64,000 nt of DNA from Malacoraja senta (taxonomy: Eukaryota), in contig JAXLNO010000051.1 in NCBI GenBank assembly GCA_038087875.1, forward strand, positions 248,001 to 312,000, written 5' to 3'. Numbering within the stretch: the first letter of the stretch is position 1; the number at the start of each line of letters is the position of its first letter. The notes beneath the pieces are model-generated. The model was not told where the DNA came from. It did not search any database and saw only the letters and a program-made list of their open reading frames with translations. Positions 1 to 13,696 of the stretch are shown one piece after another. Made by a program: the position numbers and the translations under genes.

Positions 1-684
1 TTTTGTTTCCTGCATAAAACCTTATAGATTCTGGAGTGATATTTTCGAGATATTTACAAAATTATTTAAGATAAAAATGGAACCTAATAATGAATTGACT
101 ATATTTGGGGTAATGAAAGATGGGAATAAATTGAATTCATCTCAAAATTTATTTTTTAATTATGGTTTAATAATAGCAAAAAAATTAATACTTAAATTTT
201 GTAAAAATACAGGAATACCAACGCTCAAAATGTGGATTGCAAGTATGTTGGACACCGCACATCTTGAGGAAATGCGATTCCTCCTAATAGATAAATCTGA
301 CCAATTCATAACGAGTTGGTCTCCATTTGACGTCTTTTTGGAATCATATGGTGCAACACAAATGTAAAAACTAACTGTCTCGTGACTGGGCGAGGGATGA
401 TCAAGATTATAAATAAGATCTCCTTACTTCTTTTTTCTTTTTCTTCCTTTTTTCTTTTACTCTCTTTTTCCTATTTTCTACTCTTTAACTTTCTTCTTTC
501 ATTCTCTATTCTTCTTCTCCACACACTATATATCTCACGTTTTTCTATACTTTATTATCTAATTTCTTTTTCTTTTTCTTCTTTACTATAATAAAAAAAT
601 AAGAAGCTGTACATAACATGTATTATGAAAATATGATTGTATACAATTGTACTTACTTCTAATAAAATTAAAATATTTAAAAAA
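1..684 (+). mobile_element. 3' end of a fish-type L1 LINE (ORF2 C-terminus, T-rich 3' UTR, AATAAA, degenerate A tail); runs off window start
   Basis: ORF 77..367 (..YGLIIAKKLILKFCKNTGIPTLKMWIASMLDTAHLEEMRFLL..) aligns by eye to the C-terminus of the intact ORF2 at 51565..55356 (..YGLITGKKLILKFWKKAPIPTINMWISNMFETLHLEEIRLLL..); both 3' UTRs end in TACTTCTAATAAA. Confidence 0.9.
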
Positions 685-1256
685 TGAATGAATGAATTAG
701 TTTATTGGTCAAGTTTTCACGTACAAGGAGTTTGCCTTGATTCTCCGCCCGTAAGTCGAAATCCAACTCGAGTTCAAGATCGAATTCGAATTCGAATTCG
801 AGTTCGAGATAGATTTCGAGTTCGAGATAAAGTTCGAGGTCGAGTAGTTCGAATTCGAATTCGAGTTTTAGCTGGAGATAGAGTTCGAGTTCAAGATAGT
901 TCGAGTTCAAGATAAAGTTCGAGATCGAGATCGAGTTTGATATCGAGTTCGCGTTCGAGATAGTTCGAGATAGAGTTCAAGTTCGAGAGAGAGTTCGAGA
1001 TATTTCGAGTTCGAGATAAGATTTCGAGTTCGAGATAGAGTACGAGTTCGAGTTCGAGTTTTAGTTAGAGAGAGAGAGAGATAGAGTTCGAGAGAGAGTT
1101 CGAGAGAGAGTTCGAGATAGATTTAGAGATAGATTTCGAGTTCGAGAGAGAGTTTGAGTTCGCGATAGAGTTCGAGTTCAAGATAGAGTTCGATTTCAAG
1201 TTCGAATTCGAGTTCGAGATCGAGTTCAAGATAGAGTTCGAGTTAGAGTTCGAGTT

Positions 1257-2035
1257 CAATAGACAATAGACAATAGGTGCAGGTGTAGGCCATTTGGCCC
1301 TTCGAGCCAGCACCGCCATTCAATGTGATCATGGCTGATTATCCCCAATTAGTACCCCGTCCCTGCCTTCTTCCAAAATCCCCTGACTCCGCTATTTTTA
1401 AGATCACTATCTAGCTCTCTCTTGAAAGCATCCAGAGAACCTGCCTCCACCGCCCTCTGAGGCAGAGAATTCCACAGACTCGCCACTCTCTGTGAGAAAA
1501 AACGTTTTCTCGTCTCCGTTCTAAATGGCTTACTCCTTATTCTTAAACTGTGGTCCCTGGTTCAGGACTCCCCCAACACCGGGAACACGTGTCCTGCCTC
1601 TAGTGTGTCCAAGCCCTTAACAATCTTATATGTCTCAATGAGATACCCTCTCATCCTTTCTAAACTCCAAAGTGTCCAAGCCCAGCTGCTCCATCCTGGG
1701 AATTAACCTTGTAAACCTACGCTGCACTCCCTCAATAACAAGAATGTCCTTCCTCAAATTAGGGGACCAAAACTGCACACAACATTCCAGATGTGGTCTC
1801 ACTAGGGCTCTGTACAACTGCAGAAGGACCTCTTTGCTCCTATATTCGATTCCTCTTGTTATAAAGGCCAACATGCCATTCGCTTTCTTCACTGCCTGCT
1901 GTACCTGCTTGTTTACTTTCATAGACTGGTGTACAAGGACCCCCAGATCCCGTTGTACTTCGTCTTTTCCCCACTTGACGCCATTTAGATAGCAATCTGC
2001 CTTCCTGTTTTTGCTACCAAAGTGGATAACCTCAC
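1257..2035 (-). mobile_element. CR1 (HER1-like) LINE 3' fragment, internally deleted
   Basis: ORF 1635..1922(-) KKANGMLAFITRGIEYRSKEVLLQLYRALVRPHLECCVQFWSP is typical CR1 ORF2 C-terminal sequence; (CAATAGA)n tail at 1257-1277. Confidence 0.92.
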
Positions 2036-5000
2036 TTTTGGAGTTGGAGTTGGAGTTGGAGTTCGAGTTCGAGATAGATTTGAGGGTCGAGATATAATTC
2101 GAGTTCGAGATAGTTCGAGTTAGAGTTCAAGTTCGAGCTCGTTCGAGTTAAATGAATGAATGAATGAATTAATTAATTAATTAATTAACGAATGAATGAA
2201 TAAATAGCGTTAGAGATCGAATTCGAATTCGAGTTCGAGATCGAGTTCGAGATAGAGTTCGAGTTCTAGAGAGAGTTCGAGATAGACTTCGAATTCCAGA
2301 TAGATTTCGAGTTCGAGATAAAGTTTGTGATAGAGTTCGAGTTCGAGACAGTGTTCGGGTTCGCATTCAAGTTCGAGCTCGAGTTAGAGTTCAATGAATG
2401 AATGAATGAATGAATGAATGAATGAATAATTTTACTGGCCAAGTATTCGCATACAACGAATTTGCCTTGGTGCTCCGCCCGTAACTCGAACTCCAACTCG
2501 AATTCGAGATAGAATATGAGTTCCAGTTTCTCGTTCGAGTTCTAGATAGTTCGAGTTCGAGATAGAGTTCGAGTTCGATATTCGAGTTCGCGATAGATAT
2601 AGAGTTCGTGATAAAATTCGAGATAGATTTCGGTCGTTCGATTTGGAGTTGGAGTTGGAGTTCGCGTTCGAGTTCGAGTTCGAGATAGAGTTCGAGTACG
2701 AGATACAATTCGAGTTCGAGTTCGAGTACGAGTTCAAGATAGAGTTCGAGATCGAGTTCGAGAGAGTTCGAGTTCGAGAGTGATTTCGAGTCCGAGATAC
2801 AGTAAATGAATGCATGAATGAATGAATGCATAAGTTTATTGGCTATGTATTCACATACAAGGAGTTTGTCTTGGTGCTCCGCCCGCAAGGCGATAGAGAT
2901 AGAGTTCGAGTTCGAGATAGAGTTCGTGATAGAATTACAGTTAGAGTTCGAGTTCATGTTCGAGTTGGAGTTGGTTCGAGTTCATGTTCGAGTTGGAGTT
3001 CAAGTTCAAATTCGTTTGAGTTCGAGTTCGAGTTCGAGTTGAATAAATGAATGAATGAATGAATGAATAAGTTTATTGGCCAAGTATTCACATACAAGGA
3101 ATTTGCCTTGGTGCTCCGCCCGTAAGTCGAAATCCAACTCGAGTTCGAGATCGAATTCGAGTTCGAGTTCGACATAGATTTCGAGTTCGAGATAGAGTTC
3201 GAGGTCGATATAGTTCGAGTTTGAATTCGAGTTTTAGCTAGAGATAGAGTTCGAGTTTAAGATAGAGTTCGAGTTCAAGATAGAGTTCCAGTTTGAGATC
3301 GAGTTTTAGATCGAGTTCGCGTTCGAGATAGATCGAGATAGAGTTCGAGTTCGAGAGAGAGTTCGAGATAGTTCGAGCTAAGAGTTCGAGTTAGAGATAG
3401 AGTACGAGTTCGAGTTTTGGTTAGAGAGAGAGAGATCGAGATAGAGTTCGAGTTCGAATTCGAGTTCGAGTTCGAGATAGAATAAGAGTTCTAGTTCGAG
3501 ATAGAATTCGAGTTCGAGTTCGTTCGGGCTCGAGTTCGAGTTGAATGAATGAAAGGATGTATAAGTTTATTGACTAAGTATTCACCGTTTATTGGGCAAG
3601 ATTTATGCCTTGGTTCTCCGCCCGAAAGTCGAACCGGAACTCGAGTTCGCGATAGTTCGAGTTCGAGATAGGGTTCGAGATTGAGATAGAGATCGAGATC
3701 GAGTTCGAGAAAGAGTTCGAGATAGATTTCGAGATAAATTTCCAGTTCGAGATAGCGTTCGAGTTCGAGATTGAGTTCGAGATAGAGTTCGAGATCGAGA
3801 TAGAGATCGAGATCGAGTTCGTTAGAGAGAGAGTTCCATATAGAGTTCGAATACAAGATAGTTCGAGTTCGAGTTCAAGATAGTTCGAGTTCGAGTTCGA
3901 GTTGGCGTTCGAGATAGTTCGAGATAGTTCGAGTTCGAATTCGAGTTTTAGCTAGTAATAGTTCGAGTTCAAGATAGATTTCGAGTTCGAGTTCAAACTA
4001 AAGTTCGAGTTCGAGATCGAGATCGAGTTTGAAATCGAGTTCGCGTTCGAGATAGTTCGAGAGAGAGTTCGAGATAGTTCAAGTTCGAGAGAGAGTTCGA
4101 GATATTTCGAGTTCGAGATAAGTGTTCGAGTTCGAGATAGTTCGAGTTCGAGATAGAATACGTTAGAGTTCGAGATTTAGTTAGAGAGAGAGTTCGAGAT
4201 AGAGTTCGAGAGAGTTCGAGAGAGCGTTCGAGATATATTTCGAGATAGATTTCGAGTTCGAGATTGAGTTCGAGTTCGAGCGAGAAAGAGTTCGAGCTAG
4301 AGATAGAGTTCGAGTTCAAGATAGAGTTCGAGTTCAAGTTCGAGTTCGAGATGGAGATCGAGTTCGAGATAGAGTTCGTATTCGAGATAGTTCGAGATAG
4401 AGTTCGAGTTCCAGAGAGCGTTCGAGATAGTTCGTTCGAGTTCGAGATAAGAGTTCGAGTTCGAGATAGACTACGAGTTCGAGTTCGAGTTTTAGTTAGA
4501 GAGAGAGAGAGAGAGAGATATAGTTCGAGTTCGAATTCGAGTTAGAGTTCGAGATAGAATTCTAGTTCGAGTTCGTTCGAGCTCGAGTTCGAGTTGAATG
4601 AATGAAAGAATGTATAAATTTATAGACTAAGTATTCACCAAGTTTATTGGCCAAGATTGTTGCCTTGGTGTTCCGCCCGAAATTCGAACCCGAACTCGAG
4701 TTCGAGATAGTTCGAGTTCGAGATAGGGTTCGAGATCGAAATAGAGATCGAGATCGAGTTCGAGATCGAGGGAGTGAGAGAGATAGATTTCGAGATAAAT
4801 TTCGAGTTCGTGATAGAGTTCGCGTTCGAGATAGTTCGAGTTCGAGATAGAGTTCGAGTTCGAGATAGTTCGAGATAGAGTTCGAGATAGAGTTCGTTCG
4901 AGATAAGAGTTCGAGTTCGAGAAAGAGTACGAGCTCGAGTTTTAGTTCGAGAGAGAGTTCGAGTTGAAGGAATGAATGAATGAATGAATGAATTAGTTTA

Positions 5001-8000
5001 TTGGCCAAGTATTCACAAACAAGGAATTTGCCTTGGTGCTCCGCCCGTAAGTCGAAATCCAACGAGTTCGAGATCGAATTCGAGTTCGAGTTCGAGATAG
5101 ATTTCGAGTTCGAGTTCGAGATAGATTTCGAATTCAAGATAAAGTTCGAGTTCGAGAACGAGATCTAGTTTGAGATCGAGTTCGCGTTTGAGATAGTTCG
5201 AGATAGAGGTCGAGATAGAGTTCAAGTTCGAGAGAGATTTCGAGATATTTCGAATTCGAGTTCGAGATAGTTCGAGTTCGAGATAGAGTACGAGTTCGAG
5301 TTTTAGTTAGAGAGAGAGTTCGAGATAGAGTTCGAGTTCAAGTTGGAGTTCGAGTTCGAGTTGGAGTTCGAGTACGAGATAGAGTTCGTGATCGAGTTCG
5401 AGTTCAAGTTCGAGCACGAGTTCGAGTTAAATGAATGTAGGAATGAATGAATACGTTTATTGGCCAAGTATTCACATACAAGGAATTTGCCTTGGTGCTC
5501 CGCCGGGAGCTCGAACTCCAACTCGAGTTCGAGATCGATTTCTAGTTCGGGTTCGAGATAGACTTCGAGTTCCAGATATAGTTCGAGGCCGAGATATTTA
5601 GTTCGAATTCGAGTTTTAGCTGGAGATAGAGTTCGAGTTCAAGATAGAGTTCGAGTTCGAGTTCGAGATCGAGTTCGCGTTCGAGATAGTTCGGGATAGT
5701 TCGAGTTGGAGTTCGAGTTCGAGAGACAGTTCGAGATATAGTTCGAGATAAGAGTTCGAGTTCGAGTTCGAGTTCGAGTTCGAGTTGACTGAATGAATGA
5801 AGAAGGAATGAATGAATGTTTATCGGACATGTATTCACATACAAGGAATTTGCCTTGGAGCTCCGCCCGCAAGTCGAACTCGAGCTCGAGTTTGAGATCG
5901 AGTTCGAGATGGAGATGGAGATAGAGTTCGAGTTCGAGATAGAGGTCGTGATAGAGTTGGAGTTCGAGTTCAAGTTTGAGCTCGAGCGAGTTAAATGAAT
6001 GAATGAATGAATAAGTTTATTGGCAAAGTATTCACATACTAGGTGTTTGCCTTGGTGCTCCGCCCGTAAGTCGAAATCCAACTCGGGTTCGAGATCGAAT
6101 TCGAGTTCGAGTTCGAGATAGATTTCGAGTTCGAGCTAAAGTTCGAGGTCGAGATAGTTCGAGTTCGGATTTGAGTTTTAGCTGGAGATAGTTCGAGTTC
6201 ACGATAGAGTTCGAGTTCAAGATAAAGTTCTAGTTCGAGAACGAGTTTGTGATCGAGTTCGCGTTCGAGAGTTTGAGATCGAGTTCGCGTTCGAGATAGA
6301 GTTCGAGATTGAGTTCGAGCTGGAGTACGAATTCCAGCTCGAGTTCGAGTTGAATGAATGAATAAATGTTGAATGAATGAATGAATGAATATATGAATTA
6401 ATTAATTTTTTGGCCAAGTATTCACATACAAGGAATTTGCCTTGGAGGTACGCCAGCAAGTCGAACTCCAACCCGACTTCGAGATAGAGTTCGAGATGGA
6501 GTACGAGTTCGAGTTCAAGTTCAAGTTCGAGCTCGAGTTCGAGTTAAATGAATGAATGAATGAATGAATGAATAAGTTTATTGGCCAAGTATTCACATAC
6601 TAGGTGTTTGCCTCGGTGCTCCGCCCGTAAGTCGAAATCCAACGAGTTCGAGATCGAATTCGAGTTCGAGTTCGAGATCGAGATCGAGTTCGAGATAGAG
6701 TTCGAGATCGAGATCGAGTTCGAGATAGAGTTCGCGTTTGAGTTCGAGAGCGAGCTCGAGTTCGAGTTGACTGAATGAATGAATGAATGAATACGTTCAC
6801 TGGCCATGTATTCACATACACGGAATTTACCTTGGTGCTCCGCCCGCAAGTCGAACTCCAACTTGATTTTGCGATCCGAGATAGTACGAGTTCGAGTGCG
6901 AGTTCGAGAGCGAGTTCGAGTTCGAGATAGAGTTCGTGGTCGAGTTCGAGTTCTAGTTGAAGTTGGAGTTGGAGTTGGAGTTCGAGTTCGAGATAGAGTT
7001 CGAGTTCGTGATAGTTCGAGTTCGAGATATAGTTCGGGTTCGAGTTCAAGTTCGAGCTCGAGCTCGAGTTAAATGAATGAATGAATGAATAAGTTTATTG
7101 GCCAATATTCACATACAAGGAATTTGCCTTGGTGCTCCGCCCGTAACTCGAACTCCAACTCGAGTTCTAGATCGAATTCGAGTTCGAGTTCGAGATAGAT
7201 TTCGAGTTCCAGTTCGAATTCGAGTTCGAGATAGATTTCGAGTTCGAGATAGATTTCGAGGTCGAGATATATACAGTTCGAATTCGAGTTCGAGATAGTT
7301 CGAGTTCGTTCGAGCTCGTTCGAGTTAAATGAATGAATGAATGAATACGTTTATTGGGCATGTATTCACATACAAGGAATTTGCCTTGGTGCTCCGCCCG
7401 TAACTCGATCTCGAGTGCGAGATCGAATTCGAGATAGATTTCGAGTTCCAGTAGGAGTTCGAGTTCGAGTTAGATTTCGAGTTCGAGACAGCGTTGGAGG
7501 TCGAGATATTTAGAGTTCGAATTCGAGTTTTAGGCAGAGATAGAGTTCGAGTTCAAGATAGAGTTCGAGTTCGAGTTCAAGATAGATTTCGAGTTCGAGT
7601 TCAAGATCGAGTTCGCGTTCGAGATAATTGGAGATAGAGTTCGAGGTAGAGTTCGAGAGAGAGAGATTTCGAGAGAGAGTTCGAGTTCAAAATAAGAATT
7701 CGAGTTCGAGATAGAGTTCCAGTTCGAGATAGAGTACGAATTCGAGTTCATTGAGATCGAATTCGAGTTCCAGTTCGAGTTCGAGTTCGAGTGCGAGTTC
7801 GTGATATAGTTCGAGTCCATGTTCGAGTTGGAATCGGTTGGAGTTCGATAGAGTACAAGTTCGAGGTATAGTTCGACTTCGAGTTCAAGGACGAGTTCGA
7901 GATCGAGTTCGAGATCGAGTTCTGGTTCGAGAGAGATAGTTCGAGATAGAGTTCGAGATACAGTTAGAGTTCGAATTCGAGTTCGAGATAGAGTTCTAGT

Positions 8001-9086
8001 TCTAGTTCTTTCGATTTCGAGTTGAATGAATGAATGAACGAATGAATGAATCAATTTATTGGCCAAGTCTTCACATACAAGGAATTTGCCTTGGTGCTCC
8101 GCCCGCAAGTCGAACTCCAACTCGAGTTTGAAATAGAGTTCGAGGTCGAGATGGTGTTCGACATAGAGTTTGTGTTCGACAGAGAGTTCGATATATAGTT
8201 CGAGATCGAGTTCCAGATCGAGTTCGAGTTCGAGAGAGTGTTCGAGGTAGATTTCGAGGTCGAGATAGAGTTCGAGTTCGAGATATACGAGTTCGAATTC
8301 GAGTTCGAGATAGTTCGAGTTCGAGTTCGAGTTGAATGAATGAATGAATGAATGAATGAATAAAAGAATGAATGAATGAATGAATGAATGAATGAATGAA
8401 TGAATGAAAGAATGAATGAATGAATGAATGAATGAATGAATAAATACATTTATTGGCCAAGTATTCACATACAAGGAATTTGCCTTGGTGCTCCGCTAGC
8501 AAGTCGAACTCCAACTCGAGTTCGAGATTAGGTACGAGTTCGAGTTCGAGATCTAATCCGTGTTCGAGTTCGATTTCGAGTTCGAGTTCGTTAGAGATAG
8601 AGTTTGTGATAGAGTTCGAGTTCGAGTTCGAGATAGAGTTCGAGTTCAAGTTCGATGTTGGAGTTCGAGTTCGAGATAGTTCGAGTTCGAGCTGGAGTTC
8701 GAGTTCAAGTTCGAGATCGAGTTCGCGATAGAGTTCGAGTTCGAGATAGATTTTGATGGCGCGATAGTTGGAGTTCACGATACAGTTCGAGTTCTAATTC
8801 GAGTTCGAGATCGAGATCGAGTTCGAGATAGAGTTCGAGTTCGAGTTCGAATTCGAGTTCGAGATAGAGTGCGAGTTCGAGAGAAAGTTCGAGAGAGAGT
8901 TCGAGATAGAGTGCGTGTTCGAGTTCGAGATCGAATTCGAGTTCGAGAGAAAGTTCGAGAGAGAGTTCGAGATAGTGCGAGTTCGAGTTCGAGATCGAGT
9001 TCGAGATCGAGTTCGAGTTCGAGTTCGAGTTCGAGTTCGAGAGAGAGTTCGAGATCGAGATAGAGTTCGAGTTCGAGTCGAGAGAG

Positions 9087-9800
9087 TTTATTTTATTTTT
9101 ATTTTATTTTATTCTTTATTTCGAACAGAATAAAAGAGTAAAAAGCAAGTGTGCAACAGCATACAAAAAAACAAAACAAGAATATTTAGTCATAAACAAT
9201 ATCTATAAATAAATGAAATCGTATGTGTCCGAAAAGTAGCAGGAAGAAGCCAAAGCTTATTAATTCCCACCCCCTTATTCAACTGCTTATAATGATCTTA
9301 TACACATTTAGCAGCTATATGTACACCATATGTACACCAGCAGCTATATGTACACCAAATAATTACATTTATACACTAATCAAATATTTACAAAGCCATA
9401 CAAAATAAGAGAGAAAAAAGAAAAAAGAAAAGAAAAAACCCTCATATACTACTCAGTATCACTCAGTCATATATACAACCCATAACCCTCATATACTATA
9501 CAGTACCCCTTAGTCAACCCATCACCCAATAATCACCCTGCCCCATACAATCAGTATAACAAATATCCCACTCACAATCACCTATCCTGATCCCAATATC
9601 CTTAAAAAAATGTTTTTGTACATCTTTTTAAACTGAATTATGTTTGTGCTAAGCTTTATCTCCTGTTCCAGAACATTCCACAAATTCACCCCACAGATTG
9701 CTATGCACATAATTTTAAGAGTTGTTCTGCCATTGAGTTTTTAAAAATTATTTTCCCCTCTCAAATTATACCCACCCTGTTTTTCCATAAACAGTTTTTC
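9087..9800 (-). mobile_element. 3' fragment of a Crack/Daphne-like (L2/CR1 group) LINE with (AAAAT)n tail
   Basis: Manual minus-strand translation of ~9780-9600: GYNLRGENNF*KLNGRTTLKIMCIAICGVNLWNVLEQEIKLSTNIIQFKKMYKNIF, followed by ~500 bp 3' UTR and TTTTA repeats at 9087-9120; clade assignment from motif memory. Confidence 0.65.
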
Positions 9801-9983
9801 TCGCGTTCGAGATCAAGTTCGAGCTCGAGTTCGAATTGAATGAATGAATGAATGAATGAATGAATGAATGAATGGACACGTTTATTGGCCTAGTACTCAC
9901 ATACAGGGAAGTTGCCTTGGTGCTCCGCCCGCAAGGCGAACTCAAACTCGAGTACGAGTTCGCGTTCGAGTTCGAGTTCGAGT

Positions 9984-11476
9984 TCAAGAATCAAGAATCA
10001 AGAGAGTTTATTGTCATGTGTCCCTGATAGGACAATGACATTCTTGCTTTGCTTCAGCACAACAGAACATAGTAGGCATTGACTACAAAACAGATCAGTG
10101 TGTCCATATACCATTATCTACGTAAAAAGTACAAATAACAGATAATGGACTATTAATGTTCAGAGTTTTGTCCGGGCCAAGTTTAAAAGCCTGATGGCTG
10201 TGGGGAAGTAGTTATTCCTGAACCTGGTCATTGCAGTCTTCAGGCTCCTGTACTTTCTACCTGAAGGTAGCAGGGAGATGAGTGTGTGGCCAGCATGGTG
10301 TGGTTCATTGATGATATTGCCAGCCTTTTTGAGGCAACGACTGCGATAGATCCCCTCGATGGAAGGGAGGTCAGAGCCGGTGATGGACTGGGCAGTGTTT
10401 ACTACTTTTTGTAGTATTTTCCTCTCCAGGGCGTTCAAGTTGCCGAACTAAGCCACACTGCAACCGGTCATCATGCTTTCTACTGTGCACCTGTAGAAGT
10501 TCGAGAGCGTCCTCCTTGACAAACTGACCCTCCGTAATCTTCTCAGGAAGTAGAGGCGCTGATGTGCTTTCTTAATAATTGCATCAGTGTTCTCGGACCA
10601 GGAAAGATCTTCAGAGATGTGCACGCCCATGCATTAGAAGCTCTTGACCCTTTCAACCACCGACGCGTTGATATAAACGGGACTGTGTGTCGCCATCCTA
10701 CTCCTTCCAAAGTCCACAATCAGTTCCTCGGTTTTGCTGGTGTTGAGGGCCAAGTTACTGTGCTGGCACCATATGGAGAGTCGCTCGATCTCTCTTCTAT
10801 ACTCTGACTCATCCCCATCAGTGATACGTCCCACAACAGTGGTGTCGTCAGCGAACTTGATGATGGAGTTCGCACTATGACTGGCTACGCAGTCATGAGT
10901 ATAGAGTGAGTACAGCAGGGGGCTGAGCACGCAGCCTAGAGGTGCTCCCGCGCTGATTGTCATCCAGTCTGACACATTTCCACCAATACGAACAGATTGT
11001 GGTCTGTGAATGAGGAAGTCGAGCATCCAATTGCAGAGGGATGCGCAGAGACCCAGTTCTGCGAGTTTGGTAACCAGCTTGGAGGGATGATTGTATTAAA
11101 TGCCGAGCTGTAATCAATGAATAACAGCCTGACATATGTTTGTGTTGTCCAAGTGGTCCAGAGCGGAGTGGAGGGCCAGCGAGATCGCATCCACCGTTGA
11201 TCTGTTGTGGCGGTAATCGAACTGCAGTGGGTCCAGATTGTTGTCGAGGTAGGAGTTGATTTGCGCCATGATCCACCTCTCAAAGCACTTGATCACCACA
11301 GGCGTTAATGCCACTGGTCGATAGTCATTGAGGCACGACACTTACTCATCGTGGGCACCGGTACAATTGATGCCCTTTTGAAGCAGGTGGGAACCTCGGA
11401 CCTCAGAAGTGAGAGGTTGAAAATATCCGTAAAAAGTCCAGCCAGTTGGTCCGCACAGGTTTTTTCGAACACGACC
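9984..11476 (-). mobile_element. Rex1/Babar-type LINE 3' fragment, array copy 1 (lacks the ~92-bp deletion)
   Basis: RT motifs [66 protein letters not shown] and (TTGATTC)n tail; frameshifts and a stop. Confidence 0.92.
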
Positions 11477-12295
11477 AGTTCGAATTGGAGTTGCAGTTCG
11501 AGATAGTTCGAGTTCGAGATAGAGTTCGAGTTCGAGAGAGAGTGCGAGGTACAGTTAGAGTTCAAATTCGAATTCGAGTTCGAGTTCAAGTTTGAGCTCG
11601 AGATGGTGTTCGAGATAGAGTTCGTGTTCGACAGAGAGTTCGATATAAAGTTCGAGATCGAGTTCGAGATCGAGTTCGAGTTCGAGTTCGAGTTGATTCA
11701 ATGAATAAACGAATGAATACGTTTATTGGTCAAGTATTCACATACAAGGAATTTGCCTTGGTGCCCCGCCCGCAAGTCCAACTCGAACTCGAGTTCAAGA
11801 TAGAATACGAGTTCGAGTTCGATTTTTAATTCGAGTTCGAGTTCGAATTCGAGTTCGAATTCGAGTTCGAGTTCGAGTTCGGCTTCGGGTTCGGGTTCGA
11901 ATTCGAGTTCGAATTCGAGTTCGAGTTCGAGTTCGAGTTCGAGTTCGAGTTCGAATTCGAGATCGAGTTCGAATTCGAGTTCGAGTTCGAGTTCGAGTTC
12001 GAGTTCGAGTTCGAGTTCGAATTCGAGGTCGAGTTCGAGTTCGAATTCGAGTTCGAGTTCGAGTTCGAGTTCGAGTTCGTGTTCGAGTTCGAGATAGAGT
12101 TCGAGTTCGAGATAGAGTTCCAGTTCGAGTTGAATGAATGAATGAATGAATGTATGAACACGTTTCTTGGCCTAGTACTCACATACAGGGAAGTTGCCTT
12201 GGTGCTCCGCCCGCAAGTCGAACTCAAACTCGATTTCGAGATAGAGTTCGAGTTCGAGATAGAGTACGAGTTCGCGTTCGAGTTCGAGTTCGAGT

Positions 12296-13696
12296 TCAAG
12301 AATCAAGAATCAAGAGAGTTTATTGTCATGTGTCCCTGATAGGACAATGAAATTCTTGCTTTGCTTCCGCACAACAGAACATAGTAGGCATTGACTACAA
12401 AACAGACCAGTGTGTCCATATACCATTATCTACGTAAAAAGTACAAATAACAGATAATGGACTATTAATGTTCAGAGAAGTGTCCGAGCCAAGTTTAAAA
12501 GCCTGATGGCTGTGGGGAAGTAGCTATTCCTGAACCTGGTCATTCCAGTCTTCAGGCTCCTGTACCATCTATCTGAAGATGGAAGGGAGGTCAGAGCCGA
12601 TGATGGACTGGGCAGTGTTTACTACTTTTTGTAGTCTTTTCCTCTCCAGGGCGCTCAAGTTGCCGAACCAAGCCACACTGCAACCGGTCAGCATGCTCTC
12701 TACTGTGCACCTGTAGAAGTTCGAGAGCGTCCTCCTTGACAAACTGACCCTCCGTAATCTTCTCAGGAAGTAGAGGCGCTGATGTGCTTTCTTAATAATT
12801 GCATCAGTGTTCTCGGACCAGGAAAGATCTTCATAGATGTGCACGCCCATGCATTCGAAGCTCTTGACCCTTTCAACCACCGACGCGTTGATATAAACGG
12901 GACTGTGTGTCGCCATCCTACTCCTTCCAAAGTCCACAATCAGTTCCTCGGTTTTGCTGGTGTTGAGGGCCAAGTTACTGTGCTGGCACCATATGGAGAG
13001 TCGCTCGATCTCTCTTCTATACTCTGACTCATCCCCATCAGTGATACGTCCCACAACAGTGGTGTCGTCAGCGAACTTGATGATGGAGTTCGCACTATGA
13101 CTGGCTACGCAGTCATGAGTATAGAGTGAGTACAGCAGGGGGCTGAGCACGCAGCCTAGAGGTGCTCCCGCGCTGATTGTTATCCAGTCTGACACATTTC
13201 CAGCAATACGAACAGATTGTGGTCTGTGAATGAGGAAGTCGAGCATCCAATTGCAGAGGGATGCGCAGAGACCCAGTTCTGCGAGTTTGGTAACCAGCTT
13301 GGAGGGATGGTTGTATTAAATACCGAGCTGTAATCAATGAATAACAGCCTGACATATGTTTGTGTTGTCCAAGTGGTCCAGAGCGGAGTGGAGGGCCAGC
13401 GAGATCGCATCCACCGTTGATCTGTTGTGGCGGTAATCGAACTGCAGTGGGTCCAGATTTTTGTCGAGGTAGGAGTTGATTTGCGCCATGATCCACCTCT
13501 CAAAGCACTTGATCACCACAGGCGTTAATGCCACTGGTCGATAGTCATTGAGGCACGACACTTACTCATCGTGGGCACCGGTACAATTGATGCCCTTTTG
13601 AAGCAGGTGGGAACCTCGGACCTCAGAAGTGAGAGGTTGAAAATATCCGTAAAAAGTCCAGCCAGTTGGTCCGCACAGGTTTTTTCGAACACGACC
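12296..13696 (-). mobile_element. Rex1/Babar-type LINE 3' fragment, array copy 2
   Basis: Same motifs and same junctions as copy 1; ORF 12569..13246. Confidence 0.92.

Noticed and set aside
685..9086. CRISPR-like pattern of a constant repeat with variable intervening sequence
   Set aside because: Intervals are hundreds of bp of one hexamer family, not unique 30-40 bp spacers; no cas genes; eukaryotic retroelement context
11870..11900. Resemblance of TTCGAG/TTCGGG/TTAGAG to telomeric TTAGGG
   Set aside because: No TTAGGG arrays seen; two mismatches in a hexamer is not evidence of telomeric origin
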